DNA from: Eutreptiella sp. 'Long Island Sound 2002'
Taxonomy: Eukaryota; Protista; Euglenida
NCBI GenBank assembly: GCA_964036045.1
Contig: OZ038378.1
Location: 181,846,001 to 181,910,000, forward strand
DNA: 64,000 bases
Direction: 5' to 3'
Part shown: positions 59,817 through 64,000 of the stretch, piece after piece
How positions within the stretch are numbered: the first letter of the stretch is position 1
Layout of the letters: each line of letters opens with the position of its first letter
Position numbers and translations under genes: made by a program
The notes under the pieces: generated by a model
Seen by the model: only the letters and a program-made list of their open reading frames with translations
What the model was told of the DNA's origin: nothing
The model's database searches: none

Positions 59817-59892
59817 AGTGGCAGTGGCAGTGGTAGTGACAGTGGCAGTGGTAGTGATAGTGGTAGTGGTAGTGATAGTGGTAGTGGTAGTC
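59817..59892. repeat. Degenerate hexamer array (GTGGCA/GTGGTA/GTGATA)n
   Basis: Read directly. Confidence 0.8.
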
Positions 59893-62800
59893 ACAATGGC
59901 GCTGACAGTGACAAGGGCAAGCATACAGCCAGTCACCGTGCTCCTCGTGCTACTAGCAACTGTGCAACATAGCAGACATGATGCCCCCATTTGTGCTGCT
60001 GCAAAGGGAGTTGCAAGTGGTGTTGTAAAACCAAAGGCTGATGTTATTGATTTGTCTTGCAACAGTTGGATTACCCAGAGTATGCAGTGCCACATGCACC
60101 TGCTGGATTTGCATCCCTGAAAGAGCTTTGCCTTGAGTTCAGCTGCACTGAAAAACTGTGGCATCCTGGATAGCCATGCATTCAGGGTTTTGGGTGCTTT
60201 GAAAAGGAAGCCTGCACCACCACCACTAAAGGCATCATGACCAGCAGATTTTATGCGTCCCCGCAAGAAATGGTTGGATGTGCATGTTTTTCAGGCGCAT
60301 GGCACTTTTGAGGTTTCGGGATTTCAAGGGTGGCGAAATTGTCCTTGGCCAAAATATCCCCATGCCACCCCCATGTACGCACACACAATTGCACAGAAAG
60401 GCAGGCCAATCCCACTCCATGCCAGGGTGGGTGAGCATATGGCGACAAAAAGCAGACCAAATATCGGTGTGGGAGTTGATTGTACAGGTGACTGTTCAGG
60501 GGCCTGCTCAGGCATCTCAATGCATAGCAACAAAGCGACGTCCAGGTGTCTAAACGGTTGCCTGAGCAGTCACTTGCGCGGTCAACCCCTGGATGACATT
60601 GTGTTTTCTTCTGGTCACCAGATGCACGCCCACCCATGCAAGGGGGTTAGGAATCCGCCTGGTGGCTGTCATTTTGGTGTTCGACCCCCATTGCTGTGCT
60701 GCCTCGAGGTCAAGCAACCTCAGGTCACGCATGAGCCAAGACAGTACGGGCTCGAAGTTCCCAAACGCCTCAGGCTATCCCTACATTCAGTTCAGCTCCT
60801 GCAGCCGAGCAGGACCATCCTTGACCCTACGGTGAACGGGCCAAGCACTGGAAGAGGCGTGCATTCCTCTGCCCCAAGGCTCACCACCTGCTGCTCAAGC
60901 GCGCCTTCCCGACCTCGTGCCGCAGCGCCGTCCCAAAGCCCCGTCACGACCCCCGTGCTCGACTCAGGTGATGAGGACCAGCACCGCCTTACCAAAAGGC
61001 ACGCCGGATGGTCCATTCCAGACGGCCTGGCCGACGACCTGCTGCACCAGGCATCGTTTTTCGTGCCGCAGCATTCCTTCAGCCGCGGCGGCGGAGTATG
61101 TCACGCGTGGTGTATCAGGGGTTTGGCGTGCGTGCAATCCGGCCTGAGCCCCTGGAGATGTGCGACTAATGTAGCCCCTTGTCCCGTGTCAGTGAGCTTG
61201 GCCCCTTGTTTGACAACGTAGGGCTGAGAGGGTGGGTTGCCAGCCTGAGCGGCATAGCCATGGCACTGAGACGAGAAAAGGGAAGTCGAGGAACATGTGA
61301 AGGATTCAAGAATCGTCTAGTCCCGCCGAAAGGGGGGGCCGCTAGATGCCTGAGCCACCCAAGGGGGGGGAGGGGGGCTAGTTCAGGACCTGCACCCAAC
61401 AACACCCCCTCTCCGGACGCCCCAAAGTTTGCGGTCCCCAGTCTCGGCAATGTCAAGTTTTGGCTTGGAACCCGGGCACCAAAGGCGCCTTTTGGTATGG
61501 CAGGGGGTAAATTAGTTTTGTTCACCCTCTGCGTGTATCCTCAGAATTTCATGGAGAATTCAAATGTGCATGAAATAAATTAAAAAAAAGTATTTTGTCC
61601 CCCCCCCCCCTCATTCCACCCCAACCTGCCCACCCCCCCCGGCTACCTTTTTCCTGTTTTTTTCCTGTTGTTCAGAAAATTTTTCACTCCAAATAAAAAT
61701 GATGAGCGCAATGCACAGATCAGTTTTAAGGTATGTATGTTGTGGTATCTTTTCTTTCGCCCTGGCCGGCCCCGCGGCTGGATCCCCCTCCACCCCCTCC
61801 CTCGGATCCCCTAAAGTTGTCGCACACGGTCGGGTGTCTATATTCAAACGCCCCCCTCCCCTTGGGCACCCGTGTGGGCACCTACGGCGCCTTCATATGA
61901 ATCCATGAATATTCGTGATGGCGCCCTATCTTCGCTGGAATGCGTGTTGCACCTTTGCCTCGTTCAAACCTGTTGAACTGTAGCTGCCAGAGTGATACTG
62001 GGGGTAACGACCACCGTCAGGTTATGCCAAGCTACGCCTTGTCCAAGCAAAGCACTATCCGCAGGACCGTATCTTGGCACCGCAATCCCCCCCCCCCCCC
62101 GCCCCCCAACACCACCTTGTCAGCCCCCCTGAATTGGATGGCGCTGGACCATTTTACTGTTGCGCTCGTTTTCCTTCCTTTCGTCTTATTTCCTCCTCGA
62201 TGAGCGGTGGTTGACAGCCATGCCATGCTCTGTGTGTGGGGAGCGCACGCAGCCTCGCCTCACCCCCATGTGTGAGGGCACCCGAGAATGTACCTTACAA
62301 TGAGATATAGTCACGTGCCTTCGCATGAACCCGTTCCTTAAGCCCCCGGTTGATGGGATGTTGATGATATTTTGTGAGACATCACTCTTTCGAAAGATCT
62401 ATCCAAATTGTTTGTCTGCTGGCCGCACATGTTTGACCTGAGGTACTATCACTTCTCTACCAGTTCGTTGTAGCGTGAATAGCACAAGTTTCCCACGGGG
62501 GAGGGGCTTACATGTTGAGCTGGGACCCCCCCCCCCTACTCCACGCCAACAGCGAACAATGAGGAACGACCTTGTTGGGCACCCCGAAATTTTTGTGGCC
62601 TCTGCAGACCGGGGCACAGAATTCCGTCCCCCCCCCCCATTGCCCACATTGCCCCATCCCCCCCCATTTGTGGTGAATGGTAGAAGGGAATTGCACCCTG
62701 GAGTTGTGTATATTCATGCCCTGGAAACCCGAAAAAAATTGTGACCCTCCCACCCCCCTCCGGACCCATCATCTTTCCAGTAGGACTTTCAAGGTTTGAT

Positions 62801-64000
62801 TGATTGAGGGCTACAACCCTGCAGTGCTTGCGGTGCACCCTGCGGCGCGCGTTAGGAATAATTCCGACAGCAAACAAGGCACGCAATTCTACATTATTGT
62901 ATTTCCTACTTTTTCACACTCCACCCCTCTACACCGTGCAAGTCAAAGATCAATTACTCCCCGGATGACGAATAAAGTGGGAGTGGCCATGGAAGGCACC
63001 GAACCGACACCTACATGGGATTGGGCACCCCATGTGGTGTAACTTGAAACGTGAAACAATACCAAACGCGAAACGAAATGAAACGCTCGTTGTGCGGGAA
63101 TGGGCACCCCGTTCGGCGAGGGGGAGTCGTTGCAAGCAACCTCTCCTTGGGGTATGGGGCGGAAGCAGCAATGGGGCTTTGCTGCTTCTCCCCGAGGGAG
63201 TAACGCCCCTCCTCCGCAACCACAGTAGAAGGGCGTGATTCTCTACCACGCTTTGCACATTGTAGAGCGATGGTGTCAATAGATCAATGTGCACCCCCCC
63301 CCCTCCCCCCAACCCCCCCCCTCCCACTCAGTGGGTTTTGTATAGGCAGGTACTCCAAATGGTCATGGAATGGTGTTTTTTCTTTCTTGTTGCAAGTTTC
63401 ACTATTTCTGCATTTTAAGAGGATTATTCCTGCCTTGCGGCGCGCAGGAGTAGCCCTCATTGGAGATATGTATGCTTATGACGGATGCATACGTAGTATC
63501 TCATCCAGATTGTTCATGCCTTATCTCTTCGAACACCAGAACTGGTGCAGTGTGAATGATGACTACACCCCGGACGGAGGGGCTGGCGAGCAGTGTAGCC
63601 CTTAGGGTCCCATCGAGGTGATCAAGGCGCAGTGGGCTCACCAGGGGGCTCTGCTCCCTCAAGTGCTCCTGGGGCAGTGAAGTGCTCAGCATGCCCCAGG
63701 ACCTTCCATCCATTAGGACACCCCCAGCTGGTCTAGCACTTTGTGCTGCGCCACCTATGCCCCCCCCCCCCCCGGATGCACGCCCACAACGCACACAGGC
63801 TCCCTCCCACAAGAGCCTCGGTGGGGTTTGGGGATCGTCAACAGTCCAGGCGGCTGTGAGACCAGACAACCGGAGGCAGACGCCCAGCCGTGCTGGCAAG
63901 GTAAGGGCGCACAGGCCGTGGCACCCTCGCCTTCGGCGCAACGCTGAGATCCAAACCAACCCAACCCCCCTTTCGGGACCTTTGATCCCCCCCTCTGACC

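Noticed and set aside
60968-61221. GC-rich open frame (DEDQHRLTKRHAGWSIPDGLADDLLHQ...) as a possible last GTPase exon
   Set aside because: Only a phase-compatible CAG supports it; no homology or clear boundary, so not reported as a feature.

Overview
Eukaryotic, repeat-rich, intron-rich nuclear DNA, most likely from a euglenid (inference: two near-perfect matches to the Euglena-type spliced leader, long GT-AG introns, degenerate TTAGGG-like hexamers). Three spliced + strand genes can be rebuilt by hand: (1) the 3' five exons of a bacterial-type bifunctional rhamnulose-1-phosphate aldolase/short-chain dehydrogenase (1063-8579; 5' exons lie upstream of the window); (2) a complete six-exon aldo-keto reductase (15927-38702, 356 aa); (3) a multi-exon P-loop GTPase starting at 42931 (exons 1-7 well supported, later exons tentative). 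Introns and intergenic DNA hold non-autonomous TIR elements with 7-8 bp target-site duplications, microsatellites and a 3.6 kb array of 47-bp hairpin units. The last AKR intron holds a retroelement cluster: a truncated LINE RT, an uninterrupted Penelope-like RT ORF with an FRDN active-site motif and a split hammerhead-ribozyme core at its 3' end, and a decayed APE-RT-RNaseH LINE with a (TAC)31 tail. The most interesting leads are the FRDN/hammerhead Penelope-like element and two dispersed spliced-leader cassettes, one 430 bp upstream of the GTPase start codon with an intact GT donor. Most ORFs in the supplied track are artefacts of repeats.
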